Source of the DNA: Rhina ancylostomus | Taxonomy: Eukaryota | Assembly (NCBI GenBank): GCA_030265395.1 | Contig: JARFYF010000053.1 | Location: forward strand, 12,465,173-12,529,172 | Direction: 5' to 3' | DNA length: 64,000 bases | Part shown: one piece after another, positions 49,656 to 63,990 of the stretch | Layout: each line of letters starts with the position of its first letter | How positions within the stretch are numbered: position 1 is the first letter of the stretch | Program-made: the position numbers and the translations under genes | Notes under the pieces: model-generated | Told to the model about the DNA's origin: nothing | What the model saw: only the letters and a program-made list of their open reading frames with translations | The model's database searches: none

Positions 49656-52600
49656 TTATTGTGCACTAATAATAAACCATAGAGAACAGTAGTTTAACCC
49701 CAGTTGGAGTACAGTCCATTTCGGGGAAGGGAAAGGGAAGAATGATACAAGTAGTACCTTGTCTATTTAGAACCACAAGTGATTGGCCAACAGAACATAA
49801 ACATTCCTACAATTACAAAACCAAAACAGACAAGGTAACAGCTGATGACAGCAAATCTATGGGAAAGATCAAGAATTCATTCAGGTGTTCTGTCATGTTC
49901 ATCATGGCACTATCAAGCTACAGAGATTAGAATGCAGAATATAAATATCAATAGTTTAGGAGTCTTTAAAAATCAACTGGACTAATGATGGCTATAAGAA
50001 AGCTCCAATGCGTAAAGTTTTCTGAATCAAATTTGAAAGATTGGATACACTGTGTAAAGGTTAATCGTGAGTATTGTCCTGGAGTTTCCCCCAAAGTCTA
50101 AACCACAAGTCATTAATGGCAAATACTGGCATCAAATTATTCAGGAAATTGTTTTCAAAATGATTCCTGGTTTATGATACATTCAAAGTTATAAGATCTA
50201 ACAATGTTATTTGAAACACACTGGATCAAGCAGCATCTTTGAAGTGAAGGTGAATTTAACAGATTTGAGCAAAAGTATCAAAAATGTTATAAATCAAACA
50301 AAATGCTCCACAAATGCAGCTCAATTATAGTGAATTATATGACCAATATAATCTGCTGTTAAACAGTAATCTATCTAGAATCTGGGCTGCTTTTTCCAGA
50401 TCATAGTAGGGCAAGCTTATTTTTGCCATAAAAATGTTATGGTTTATGAATGGAAAACAACTTGAAACAAGGATATGTTGGCTTAGATAATATTGCCCAT
50501 CTCAAAACAAAACCATACTTGTGCAAATATTACTTTTCAAAAATACATTGGCAGGAATGGCAATGTTTACTTGCAGAATCGAGCACAAAAAGTTAAAAGG
50601 TTGATCACGTCACTGACATCAGATAAGATCAGTGCAATGAAATTTAACTCAAATTGTACAGCATAAAATTGATGATTTTAGCTAACCATTCTTCTTCAGC
50701 TCTTCTGATAAACTAAAATTTCAGAACACCACTGCCAACAGAATGTCAACAATTGGAGCTGAAGATAGTAGCACATTAAAATTCAGCAAATTAAACAACG
50801 GGCACTAATCATGCAGGAAGTGCTGGTATTTTCATGTTTGGAAACAGACATCCGACCAGCTGTTAATGTGACACATACAAAATCAAATACAACTAATAAC
50901 TATGAATGTGTGTTTTCAGCAATCAGAGCTGCAACAACACACTTTGATTTTGGAAGCAGCACATTGTGGGTTTGGGGGCACAGGCAGGCTATGGGTGGGT
51001 GGGGAGGGAGGCATCAGCTTTCAGAAAGGCAATTAAGTTTGTGTTATAAAAACAAAAAGACAGCAGATGCTAGAAACTGGAACAAAAAAACAATGCCAAA
51101 AAAGCTTCATTTTATTCTTGGTAAGGATCGAGGCAAAATAAAAAGGAATTCATAGAATATCTTGTTTTCCAAATAACTAATGGCTCATTGCCTCTAGTTT
51201 TCATTTGACACTTCCATAGCCACCTCACACTGGCAGCTCTTAAACTAAATCAAACTACTTGCCATTGTGTCATATTTGACTTGAGGTGACCTTCAAACAA
51301 CCCAACATCACGATGTTCAAGGACCCACCTATTATCTCCTCTGTAACACTGCCAGACTCCACTTTTGTCTTAAAGACTTACTTTTCATTTTGGCTTTTTT
51401 AAAAAAAATGTATTCCTGGATGACTTCCCTCATTTCATAAAGTTACTCATCCAAAATTCTGCTCCATGTTCTCTTCCTATTTTTCCTATACTTACCAGAT
51501 GAGTTCTGGAAATTCTCCCTTGTTTTCACATCCCTCTACCCTTCCCTGGTGATCCAGAATCCATATTTCAGGGGTGGGGGGTGGCAGCAGCAGGTAATAG
51601 TGAAGGAGTGAAAAGCCATTTCTACCCATCAGTGGGTGAAGATCAACAATGGAGCATTGATCTTCCAAACTTTACGGCATTCATAGGATTTCAATGAAAC
51701 CCAAAGTCAAGGTTGTTGACAAGGTGTCTATTCCTTATCAAAACAGCACAAAGATGCAACAACCTTCACATGCATTATTTGTGGTCAAGAATTTAGGAAT
51801 CCCCTACTTTACATATTGAATAGGTTNNNNNNNNNNNNNNNNNNNNNNNNNNNNNNNNNNNNNNNNNNNNNNNNNNNNNNNNNNNNNNNNNNNNNNNNNN
51901 NNNNNNNNNNNNNNNNNNNNNNNNNNAGGTTTTAGATTTAAAAGTTGATAAAGTTGGAAATGCTATAGAGGAAGAGAAAATTAATATTTAAGTATTATGC
52001 AGAGAAAGCTCTTTGATTTTCAGTTGATATCCAAATCGCAATCAACCTGGAAGATTTAGAGATGCACTTTATCAAAGCATAGCATCTATTGTTCACCTCA
52101 GTATTTTAAGACTAAATGACAAACATTACTGCAAGTCTAAAATATAAAATCACTCACTACATTTAGGATTATCTTAGCACAAGTAAGTTTTCAAAATTAG
52201 TTTGCATTTGGTATAACATTATATCTGACCATTTCAAAAGAATATTATACATCTAACAAGGTGCTTTATGAGGTACAATTATTGTTACGTTTGTGAAAGT
52301 GACAGGCAATTCACACACAGCAAGGTCTCAAAACCAACTAGAAGTGTTTCTGGCAGTTTTGGTTAACAATAAAATGACCCCCTTTTCTTCCAATCAGCTG
52401 CTAAGTGGCTTATACACATTAAAAGCACTATGTACACAAAACAGCACATCTTGATAAGGTGTGAATAAAACTTCAAAAATTGGATGCTGGAACACTACCA
52501 AATCATTAGTAATGCACAAATATTAGCTCATGAGTACAACACAAATTCATTCCTATTAGAGAATGCTAACAGCTATTATGGAAGTGATTCAGTTGATGAC

Positions 52601-53289
52601 ATTACCTGCAATACTCAAATCCATTCACAGGAAGATTAGCAAAAGAACCATACTAATCAGTGCCTCTGATCATGGTAAATGGGGTTAAAAGGAATTGGCG
52701 AAATTTAGGCCAGGGAGGGAGGGGCAAATGGAAGAGAATTACCCAAGTGTCTGAACACTATCGAATTGCACTAGTTAGAATAAAAGGTATGTGGCTGGAT
52801 GCAGAATGAAGACATGCTCAATTATTTGAGGTGTCATTCCTTTTCTTGGAGATTGCAATAAGTTTCACCTCATCAGGAGTGCTCACCCGTGCATTTCAAC
52901 CTTGGGTTGTTTAAGTGAAAAGTTAACTTCTGTTTTCTAATCCCTGCATATGCTTAGCACATGCTCACATTCAAGGCACATGCAGTCGATACAGAAAGGG
53001 CAGGACATTTTTAAATTACAATGCAACTTAGATTGGTGGTTAATAAAATTCAAAAAAGTCTCAAGTTAAGAGTGGTCAAAGGCAAAGGTACTTAGTACCC
53101 AAAAAAAAGGAGATTCACATATGTAGGCTATGGCTGGGATGCCAAATGAGTATCTGCATCAGTTTTCAAAGCAGCTACATTCAATACAAATGGAAAGTGA
53201 TGGTAGTAAAGATTTGAAAATCCTTAAAAGCAGGAAATTCAGTGTTCATGTGGATGTATCCTTAGTTACAGAGCAAAGTGGAAGCTGAA

Positions 53290-54335
53290 GCAGCTATGTA
53301 TGTTTGTTGCTTGTTCCCAAAAGGCTGGAGAATTGGAAGTTACTGTTTAAAAAAAGGGAGTGAAACAAACCCAATGACTACAAGCTACAAATTACAAGCC
53401 TTTNNNNNNNNNNNNAAAAAACCCTTGACAAAATGAACTGCCAGTTTAAAATGCATGGACTAATAAGTGAATATCATCATGGATTTGTTAAAGACAAATC
53501 ATGTTTGACTAACTAGATAGAGATTTTTTGAAGAGAATCATGTAGTGCAGGTGCAGTGAGGGTCAGAAATTATTTCAGTGGTATTCTGCAGTTTTATTAA
53601 TCCCACTGCTCTTTTGGTTATACATTGCGATTTGGGTGTAGACAGCACATTGAATGAAAAACAAATGTGCTCTCAGAAGGGAATAATAGACCCCTGGAGG
53701 ACAAATTGGCAAAAATAAGCAAACATAACAGATGTACTGAATAACTACATTAAATTTCATAGGTGTTATAATATTGTATAATTTTAAAAACAGATCTTAG
53801 CACATCTTTAAATGCTGCAGGACAAGCTGAAGATAAAAGGTTCTGTATCAAACCAAATACAATTCAAAAAGGCATATTATGCATAACTTTGGTAAAACAC
53901 TTTTTACATCTCAGCTGGGATAATGCATTCAATTCTGTCAAGCTCTTGAGAGCTCAGAAGAGATTTAGTTGAATGGGACCAGGGATAAGCAGCTTGTCTG
54001 CTTAAAAACAGGGATGTTTCATAGGTGTTCAAAATCAAAGATTCAGAAAGAGTAAATACGAAAATGTTTTCCAGTAGTAAAGGTCAGTAACTAGAGATGA
54101 AACCAGAGCTAGACTAAGGCATGAAAATCTGAAAAGGTTATGATCTAAAATGCACTTCCTGAAAGGATAGTGGACATTAATTCTCTTAAATAGTGGACAT
54201 TAATTCACTTGTTATTTAAAAAGGAAAAATCTGCAGGTCTAATGGAAAACAGCAGAGCAAGACTGGTTTACCAAATAGCCAATATAGACAGAAGGATACA
54301 AATAGCTTCCTATGTTTTGCCATTCTACAGTATTT
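53290..54335 (+). mobile_element. Heavily decayed CR1 RT remnant
   Basis: catcatggatttgttaaagacaaatcatgtttgactaac (HGF.K.KSCLTN), a cagaagagattta motif, and a CR1-like 3' end. Confidence 0.55.
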
Positions 54336-54605
54336 GATATTGATGGTAACAAAAGGCTTGGATGAAGTTTACAGCACAGATGGACTTGGGCAGGGGACAA
54401 AAGAAAAAAAAGGGGCAATATTACAGGTGAAGGGAATAAAATAGGAGAAAACCTGGAGTCAGAAGCTCAGCTCAAAGTCACACGGAGAAAATCCAGCCCC
54501 TAGTGAAAGTAATATTACAGCTTTCCAAATACCCCCATTGTGCACTGGAATAAAATATGGCAGAGGGCAATTTTGGACTATTTCAGTTCCATTATTCATA
54601 CTCAC

Positions 54606-54662
54606 CAGCGCAGACTTTCCCACACCCCCTGAGCCAAGGACAACCAGTTTGTATTCGCGCAT
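54606..54662 (-). CDS. RAP1A: RAP1A coding exon 1 (aa 1-19, MREYKLVVLGSGGVGKSAL, P-loop/G1)
   Basis: 57 nt from ATG at 54662 to the donor CTG|GTGAGT at 54605. An upstream acceptor CTCTTTCAG places the exon start at 54691 (29 nt of 5'UTR). The translation is the canonical Rap1 N-terminus. Confidence 0.97.
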
Positions 54663-57107
54663 CCTGTGACGTTGCTAAACAGCGTCACTACCTGAAAGAG
54701 AAAAAGTCTGCTTAGAAAAAGATACTATCCACATAGTATTGTAGCATACAAGATTTGCAAAGTTTTAAAATATGCATCTGCCACTTTATCCTCATAGTTC
54801 TAATCACATAATGAGTTCACTTAAATAATTTTATTGGTAGTAAAGCACAGACATCCTGGTGATGTTGAATGATGCTGTATTAATGGGAGTTTTATTTCAT
54901 GAACAGCCTGCTTACAAATCAATTTTCATTTACCAATGTTGACAAAACTGTTGCACAAAAACCAAAAGGTGATTAAATTCAGGTCTTCAGCCAAATGATG
55001 AAGATATGTTTTTAATGTAATAGTCTAACATTTTAATCTATGAGCTAATGTTTGACACAATGCAATTATTACTTTTAAATTTAATGTACTTTTGGAGGAT
55101 ATACCTTTAACAGAGCCTGGTAATTATGGGACAGCTACAATCTCTTGACAGCAACAATGCTGCAATGTCAAGCAAAAGGTGCATGCGAGATAAAATGGAT
55201 GCCACTTGATAACAAGCACCCGTGGATTAAATAGAAGAATGGGAATTGGAAAAACAAGCTGCCCCAGAACTCAAATCAGATCAATTGTGTCAGACTTGCT
55301 AGACTGTAAAAGCTTACACTGCTTTTAAATCTCACTGGTGTAACATGATTAGCCATTTTGTTGGCAGATTTTTGCTTGGGGAAAAATGCAAATCTGAGCT
55401 GATTGGAAAAATCATGGAAGTGGTTGAATGTGAAAGATAAAGCCTAAAAAATTAACAAAATATCATCTTTCAGGGATTAAAAGCTAACAGCCAAAGAATT
55501 AATTACCCTAGAGACAAGTAATTTATAATTATATACAGCACTTAAGTCAAAAATCTCATACATATCCCACATAAATGCAGTATTATGAACATATTAAAGC
55601 ACAAGACTAACATCAAAATTCAAATTATGATCTGTGCAGTGGAAATATTGCTCAGAATAGATTCTTCCTCAAGCAACTTATGCACATGCAGCTGTGTGGG
55701 TCCAAGTACATTTTAATAATATTGCGACAGCTAACCACACTGGATTTAGCATCCTGATAAAGTGCACATTTCTCACTGAATCCTGGAGCAGCCCACTTCA
55801 AATCCAGGAAGCCATAATCATCATAAACTTCTGAAAGTGCTGCACACACAGCTTTCCTGAAAACATAATTTGTCATTTAAGAGCTTTAAAATAGTCTTGA
55901 CATCATAGTACATTTCCTAGTGATGTTGTTTACTAAATCAATAGATTTAGGTCAATACATTGAGGATTTTTGCCCCATCGACATACAAAATACTGCTAGA
56001 TAGAATGGCAGTAACAGTTGCAAATAGAGACTTTAGAAAAGCAATTTAAGGTACACTGAAGGAAATATTTTCAAGGCTGTGCAGGACTGGAGGATCAATT
56101 GAATAGCTTTTGCAAAGACCTGGCACAGCTGATGATGGATCAGACTTTTGCATGACCCTGCTTGAACGTCACTTGAAAATGCATCAATTCAAACTTATTC
56201 CACAATCAAGACTAATCCTCTTTTACAGCAAAAATACTCATTTAGATATCAATCTGGAAAGACAAAAAAAACCAATGCTGTTGTTTACATCTTAGCCTTC
56301 AAATAATGAACACATAAACATACCTGCTATGGAGATGAAATTAAAAATGGAACTGGGGGTAACATAAAGTCATATAGTTAAATGATAATGCTTTAGTGTT
56401 TGTAGGCCATTAAAACAAAGCATTTCAAGTTGATCACTTCATCTCAGGCCCAAGGCTTCAACTCAATCATTTCCTCATGAGCCCAGTGTACAGGTCAGTA
56501 TTAAGCCTCAATTCACACTTTCCAGACCAATCATTTGTCTTGTTCCACAAGAAATAGAAACCATTTACAAGCAAAGCATTACAATTAAGATTTAGGAGTT
56601 AATCCATGAAAACAAGCCCCTTAAATTGAATTAAAGAAATGACTCAAGTTAACCTATTTGCATGGCATTTAGCTTTATACACCAGGTTCTTGGATTTCCA
56701 TATATTACACAATGGACAAATTATTGCAAAATTAAAAATTCACCATTTCAAATCTGTTCAAATCACATTTAAGGATACAATGAAACAATTTGCTTATTTT
56801 GTCAGGTGCAAAAAAATTGATTAAAATGCTGCTAAATAAAGTGTTATTTTTGGTGGTGGAAGAGATGTTTGGAGAAATATATCACCCAGAACAACTGCTT
56901 CGTGGCCTATTTACTGAAATATAGGCCATTGACAAGATCCTTTTAAGTCTGAAACTAAGATGGCAGACTAGTAGCAATATTTTGCTATCCAATGTTTTGC
57001 CAATATCATTGTATATGCACCTCCCTTTGGCTCAGCTTCAGTATTTAAAAAGATACAACTGCTACCAAAATTTCCAGTTGGTAATTTAAAATTGCAAATG
57101 TTAAGAT

Positions 57108-57410
57108 ATCTTTTAGTCACATGTATATTCAAACAGTGAAATACATCTTTTTTTGCGTAGTGTTCTGGGGTAGCCCACAAGTGTCGCCACACATCCGACG
57201 CTAACGTAGCATGCCCACAACTTCCTAACCTGTACATCTTTGGGATGTGGGAGGAAGCCAGAGCAGCCGGAGGAAACCCATGCAGACACAGGGAGAACAT
57301 ACAACTCCTTACAGACAGTGGCCGAAACTGAACCCGGGTCATTGGCGCTGTGATAGTGTTAATAGTGTTACTGCTACACTACTGTGCCTGCCGCTACACT
57401 ACTGTGCTGT
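57108..57410 (-). mobile_element. Complete V-SINE with Rex1-like tail
   Basis: V-domain complement gggaggaagccagagcagccggaggaaacccatgcagacacagggagaac, B-box complement tgaacccggg, tail gtcacatgtat...acagtgaaat. Confidence 0.85.
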
Positions 57411-58654
57411 TTTCCAAACTACAAAAAAAGCACTTTTACTATTCCTCTCAAAAGGTTAGTTTCAATAAGATTATCTTATCAGAGTCAAACAAAACCTTAA
57501 AAAATATTTTACACATTCCTAAACTGGTTCAGATTTCTACTACAAATTTTGGATTCCATTCCTTTGACATTGCGGAACACATTTGTTCCACTGCTGGCAA
57601 CCTGGCAACTCCCTTCCCCCAGCAACCACCCCCAACCACTCCCCCCCCCTCACAATGCTAACAATTTTTTCCAAAAAAGCCTTTTTATGGAAATTCATCC
57701 TCTCCGGACAATTTCAGACAGCTAAGAATACTTTGCAGTGAGCAGGGACAAGATAATCTCACGTTCAAAATTCACTGGAGAGAGAAAATAAAATTCTGTT
57801 GTGATACAGCTTGGAATAAACAATGAATTGCATGTTTACATTCTATAAGCCGAATCTTGGCTAACCCAATGAACAGATCAGCCTTTTCCCAAAAACAATG
57901 ACATCACTCACCAATTATCTTAGGTTGTACAGTAGCCTCTTGGCAAAATGTTCTTTCCATGTAAGGTCATAAAATACAAAACTGCACAAGTAGGAGTCAG
58001 GGAAGAAAAAGAACACATCTCACAATTTGTTCCTATAGATGATCCATTTTACTATTTTTGAGACTGTGTGGACATTAAAACCAGTTATTACCAGAAATTC
58101 TCTGTAAATGTGACTAGGACATTCCAGCCCTTAATTTATGATTGCTACTTTTCCTTCAGAAATCTAAGTGTACAGTTCAAAATCTAGGTTGTGTGAAGCT
58201 AAAAATTTAAAACTATAGAAGTCTGTTATAGTTTCAAACTTTTAAAAAAGGTACTGGAGGGAAGGGACAGTACAGGGGGAAAAATGTCAAGAGAAAGGAG
58301 GGAGAGGAAAACACAGTATTTACTTTTTCCAACTGGAAATCTGTTAAAATGAACCCATGCCACTGAATTGGCTCCAGAGGAAATTACTCTTGGCTTCCAT
58401 CTCCTTGAGGTAACGTGAGAGTGCACAAGAACAGATTACGAAGAGTTGCAGCTTCAAACATAAACTGAAATTTAAGGCTGCCCATATCTTCCTGGATTAA
58501 GTGTTCAGGTACAGTATAGCAGTAGCTTTCTTCCAAAAAAGGACATTTTAATCTTAAGATAATTACAAGTGTAATTTATATTCAACAACCAATTTTGGCA
58601 CCAGAGTTTTCAACACATGAAGGTAGAATATTTGCATAAAGGAGTGAAGGAATT

Positions 58655-60050
58655 CATGAACACAAAATAGGAGGAAAACACCAAGTTTTTCAAGCCTGGT
58701 CCACCAAGACAATCAGCTAATCTATACTGGCCTCAACTCCTTCTCCATAAACCATCAATTCCTCAATCTTTCAAATGTTAACTCCACCTTAAATATGTCT
58801 GATGATCTGGCCTCCAACACCCTCAGGGGCAGAGAATTCCATATATTCACTACCCAGAGGGAAGAAACTTCTCTACATCTCTCAGTTTTAAAACGACCAA
58901 CCCCTTATTTTGCAACTATGTCCCTTTGTTCATGATTCACCCACTTGTGAAAACATAACATCTACCCTGTCAAGCCCCCTTAGGATTTTGTGTTTGAATA
59001 AGGTCACCCCTCATCCTTCTAAACTCCAAGGAATACAGAAAAATTCAAGCTTCTTGATAGGACAGCCCCTCATCCTTGGAATCTCCTGATCTATCTGGCC
59101 TGTTTTCATTATATCCTGTTTTGGGCAAGGAGGCTAAATCTATGCACAATATTCAAGGTGTAGCCTCATCAACTGTTCCATTATTGAACTCCAATCCCTA
59201 TACAAAATGCAGTTTGCCTTAACTACTTGTTGGATCTGCCTGCCAATTTATGATTCATGACCTAGGGCATCCGCATCCCTCTGAATTTCACTCATTTGCA
59301 GTCTTTCTCCGTTAGATAATAATTCTCCTTTTGATTCCTCTTAAAGCACATGACCTCACATTAAACTCTATTTGCCAGGTTCTCCCAATCACTCTATATC
59401 CTGTTGCAGGATCACAACATACCCTTCCACCTATTTTCATATCAGCAGCAAACTTGAAAATCTTGCATTTTATTCCCTCCTCCTGTCATTAACAAATTAG
59501 TGATGCCAAGAACCAATCCCTGCGGTACTTCCAGAATGACAAGGACCCATTTATTCAATTTTCTGTGAGATAACCAGTTTTTAATTCATGCCAACTGAAG
59601 CACTTCCTCCAATACCTTGGGCTCTTAATTTATGCACCAGCTTCATGTGGCATCTTGTCAAATGCTTTTTGGAAATTTAAATACACTACATCTACAGTTC
59701 CCTTCCATCAACTCTCAGTCACATCCTCAGAATTCAAGCAAATCTGTCACATATGTACCTTTCATAAAACCATGTTAACAAAGCTTGATTATATTCAGCT
59801 TTCTTAAATGATTAGTTATTTTCTCATTACATCATTTGATCATCTAGCATCTTGCCAATAACACATGTTAAATTAACAAGGTCATTGCTCCTTGCCTTGT
59901 GTCTTCCTTTTAGAAGGGAGTCACATTGGTTCTTCCAATTTTTTTTGAATCCTCCCAGAATTTATCCAGTTTTGAAAAATTTCATCCTATTGGTCCACCA
60001 TCTCTGCAGCCCCCTCCTTTAAAGCCCTTGGCTACAGTCCATTGGTCCTT
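58655..60050 (-). mobile_element. Decayed CR1 LINE (RT region plus 3' end)
   Basis: ggcctccaacaccctcaggggcagagaattcc, aggtcacccctcatccttctaaactc, atcttgtcaaatgctttttggaaatt (complement of DFQKAFDK) and cctttcataaaaccatg (HGF). Confidence 0.75.
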
Positions 60051-60079
60051 CACATGGTATATAATAGGCTAGTTCAGCA

Positions 60080-60745
60080 CATCAAATGGTGCAGAGGTCA
60101 GGAGTTAAAAACTTCAAGTTCCTAGGAGTGATCATCAACAGCCTGTTCTGGTCCAACTGTGTAGATGCCACAACCAAGAAAGCATACTAGTGCCTTTACT
60201 TCCTCAGGAGGCTAAAGAAAATTGGTATGTCCCCTTTGATCCTCACCATTTTTTAAATTAATGCACTATAGAAAGCATCCTATCCAGATGCACCACAGTT
60301 TAGTATGGCAACTGCTCAGTTTGAGACCACAAGAAACCGTAGAGTCGTGGACACAGCTCAGCACATCATGGAAAACAGCCTTCCCTCCATGAACTGTCTA
60401 CACTTTGGTACCTTGGTAAAGTAGCTAACATAAATCAAAGATTCCACCCACCTTGGACATTCTCTTCTCCAACGTTTCTCCCCCCCCAGCAGAAGATAAA
60501 ATCCTGAAAGCACGTACCACCAGGCTCAAGGACAGCTTCTATCCTGCTGACCTCTCAAGCTCATTATGGAATTGCACCTTATTGTCTGCCTATACTTTCT
60601 CTGTAACTGTAACTCATTATTCTGCATTGTTATTATTTTCCCTTTTACTACCTCAATGCACTGTTGTAATGAAATGATCTGTATGGATAGCACACAAGGT
60701 TTTTCACTGTAGCTCAGTACATGACAATAATAAACCAATTTCCAT
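60080..60745 (+). mobile_element. 5'-truncated Rex1/Babar LINE
   Basis: cttcaagttcctaggagtga...tacttcctcaggaggcta...atagaaagcatcctatc, collinear with 7515-8200; ends tgacaataataaaccaatt. Confidence 0.88.
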
Positions 60746-62689
60746 TTCAGCAAACAATTAACAATCTGGAGCTACATATTAATCCAAACTGGCTGATTTT
60801 ACACCAGACTTCAACCAGATGGGTTTAGGATTCCTTTGACATCTGCATCATTACCTCTGGAGTCCCAAGAATTTACCATTAGCCACTTGCTTAACACAGC
60901 TTCAATCAGAGAAGGGAGTTTTGGGTATACAAACACCAAGCTCTACACCACCAACTTACAAAATCAATTCCCACCAGCCACACATTCTANNNNNNNNAAC
61001 CTCAAAAGCAGAAGAGAACTGTAGCTACAGGAAAACGATACAAAATGCTGGAAATACTCAGGTCAGACAGTAACTGTGGGAGACAAACAGCATTTCAAGC
61101 TTATGACCTTTCATCAGCACTACATTAGAGATTGAACATTTTAAAACAGTGGAAGAGGGGAAGGGCTAGTCCGTTATTCTTGGGATTTAGCTTCAATTTT
61201 TTGTTGGGCATATGCACAAAATAGTTTGACTTCGCTTCATAGCGAATGACAGAATATTGTAACTACAGAAAGTGATAATGTACTGTATCATAACATTGCT
61301 GGATATACCATTGACAGGAATGCTACCCTAACTAAGATTACATTTTATCATCTGTTGATAAGTTTGGCAGAGAGCAAATGTGCTAACGAAACAAAGCTGG
61401 GGACCAGTGTGGGTTCCAAGGATGCAGAGACTTCAGGGGGATATTGAATAGATGCAAAAATGGCAGATGGAAGATAATGTGAAAAAATTTAGGGGAGGGG
61501 TGGAAGAGGCGAGAACGGTCCTATTCTTAAGTTTAGAAACAATTAAATAATCTTTCACTGAAAGATGCAACATCCTTGCAGGGCTTGACAGGGTAACTGC
61601 AAACATAACGTTTTCTTCATATGTTTAAACCAGATGGCATCTCAATAAGGAATCAGCAATTAACAGATGAGGAGAAATTTCTTTAGAGGGTAGTGAATCC
61701 AAGGAATTTTCTATGAATGGTGTGGAACCAAATGGATTTCAGGGAGTCTAGGAAGATAAGGGTTAGTGGAACAAACTATAGTGAATACAATAATATTTTA
61801 ATGACAATGTGGATGCACAATGGATGCCATGTAAGAAAGATCATGTACAAAAAGGAAAATATTCTGTAAAAACACTTTTGTAAGAAAAGCCAAAAAATTT
61901 GAGACTTGAATATAAATGCGATGCACAAAGGCATTCTAGTTCAGTAGAGTACAAATTGACAGATTTCATTTCTAACCAAAAGCGTGTAACATATTGGTTA
62001 TGAAAATCCAAAATATCTACCAATTGGTAATGCAAGTTGCTTGTGCTTTCTGAAGATCAAATGTCTTTCCACAAGATCCGAACCATCCACAAATGGAGAT
62101 GATTAGAAATTTGTCCTCCACATATCCTATGCAAGATCATTAGCTTCTAATAAAAATTGGTCAAGATGAATTGACTCTTAAAGTTTTATAAACTTGTATA
62201 GGAGGGAGAAATAAGGAATGAAGACAACCATTAAGTGCAAAATGTTTCTAGATAACTAGTTTAGAAATCCTTCCTTTGCTGTAAGAGATAGCAAATATCT
62301 CAAATTCATCACACCTTTCTGAAAATACAGAAGGCCAAGAAATGTCAATGCTGGATTTAATCCAACACTTTAAAACAATTTAGATTTTGTTAAAATACTG
62401 ACAATGCACTTAGCCGCAACAGATAAAACCCATCTACAATTGGGATGAAATCGCCTCATGATCCATGTATACAATCATAGAAGCAACAATTGCAACATTT
62501 AGTTAATTGGATTCATAACTGGTTCAAATGGTAAGAAGCAGACAGTGTTGGTCAAAGGTTGTTTCTCACACTGGAGGTCTCTGACTAGTGGTACGCCACA
62601 GACAACTTAGTTTAATACCCTTCAAAGCCCAATATACTTCAAGATACTTCATTTTAATTCCTTTTAGCTATTAGAATGCAATAAATACT

Positions 62690-63990
62690 ACTATCTTGTT
62701 AAGCAGTCCCTCAGGATTCACTTCTACACCAATTCAGTGGATTCCAAGGCAGCCGATGTGGCTGATGTGGGACTTGCAGACTGCCACAGCGATGGTTTAG
62801 TTTAAGTACTACTACTGTCACTTATGCTGTGTTTCTGTAGACTCCTAATGCATGGACCCATGGCTCTCTCCATTCTTATGCATCCCCATCAGGCCAGGAA
62901 TTCCCACAAGCAAATTGGGATCTTGGCTTTTCACGGCAGCTTTGAGCACATCCTTGAGTCATTTCTCCCACCTACCCACCATCTCTTGCCAGCATAGAGC
63001 TCAGACCAGAATCAGGTACCCAGCATCTGAAAAATGACCTACACATTGCTTAAGAATGGAGGGTTGTATTCAGTAGGTCAGAGCTTTAGCAGTCTGTTTA
63101 GAGATGAAGAGCTCAAACTTAGCACAAAGGCTGTGCTGGCATAAAAGGCCATGGTGAATAATCACAGTCTGCCTTTCCCAGAAGGGCCTCTTGAGATATG
63201 CTAAGTGGTCAGTGTTTTCTAGATCTTATTACAGATTGTCAGAGTAGCACATATTGAGGACCTTTGTTTTGTAAATGCTGGATGTACAGCAATCTCTTGT
63301 AACTTCAGAGAATGAATTAAATGGTGGCTGGGAGTTTGGCTCTGAACATGTGCAAACAAGAATTAATCTAGCATAAATGGCAAACTGCTCATGGTATGTC
63401 ACCTCCACTCCAGAACCAAGGGTAGCCTGATTTCAGTCAAACTGCAGAATGCAGACAATTTCTGTGCATATGTATGCGTGGAGCTCATTGTTGACTTATT
63501 CACTGAAGCATACAAGACAGTGCCTACATACACAAGTGTCATTTATGTTCTGCATCTGACTGAACTGGGCAATCTTGTTTCTGGAATGGAGGTAACATAA
63601 CTGGAATAGTTTGTCATGTGTGCTGTAGATTATCTGCTGCTTGCATTTGTGCATAGACTCCATTTGCCAATTCATACACTGAAGCATACAGGAGAATGGG
63701 CATTATACTCAACACCAGCAAGGTGCAGGCTCTTTACCCATCTGCCCCTGATGCCTTCTAGAAGGGGCATAGCGAGACTCCGGAAAACGTGGACCACTTT
63801 ACATATCTTGGGAGACAGTTCTCAAAGGCAGATATTGATGATGAATTTCAGCCTTCAATAGGCCTGCACTACTTTTGGACGACAGGAGGGAAAAACATAT
63901 TGAAGATCTAGATTCCAGACTTGGCAACATCTCAGTTTACTAGCCAGTTGTGATCCTTGCCCTTCAGCTGCTTCTGAAGCATAGACTGCC
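62690..63990 (-). mobile_element. Decayed RTE (BovB-like) LINE
   Basis: gctttgagcacatccttga reads KDVLKA on the minus strand, typical of an RTE RT C-terminus. The extent upstream of that motif is inferred. Confidence 0.45.
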
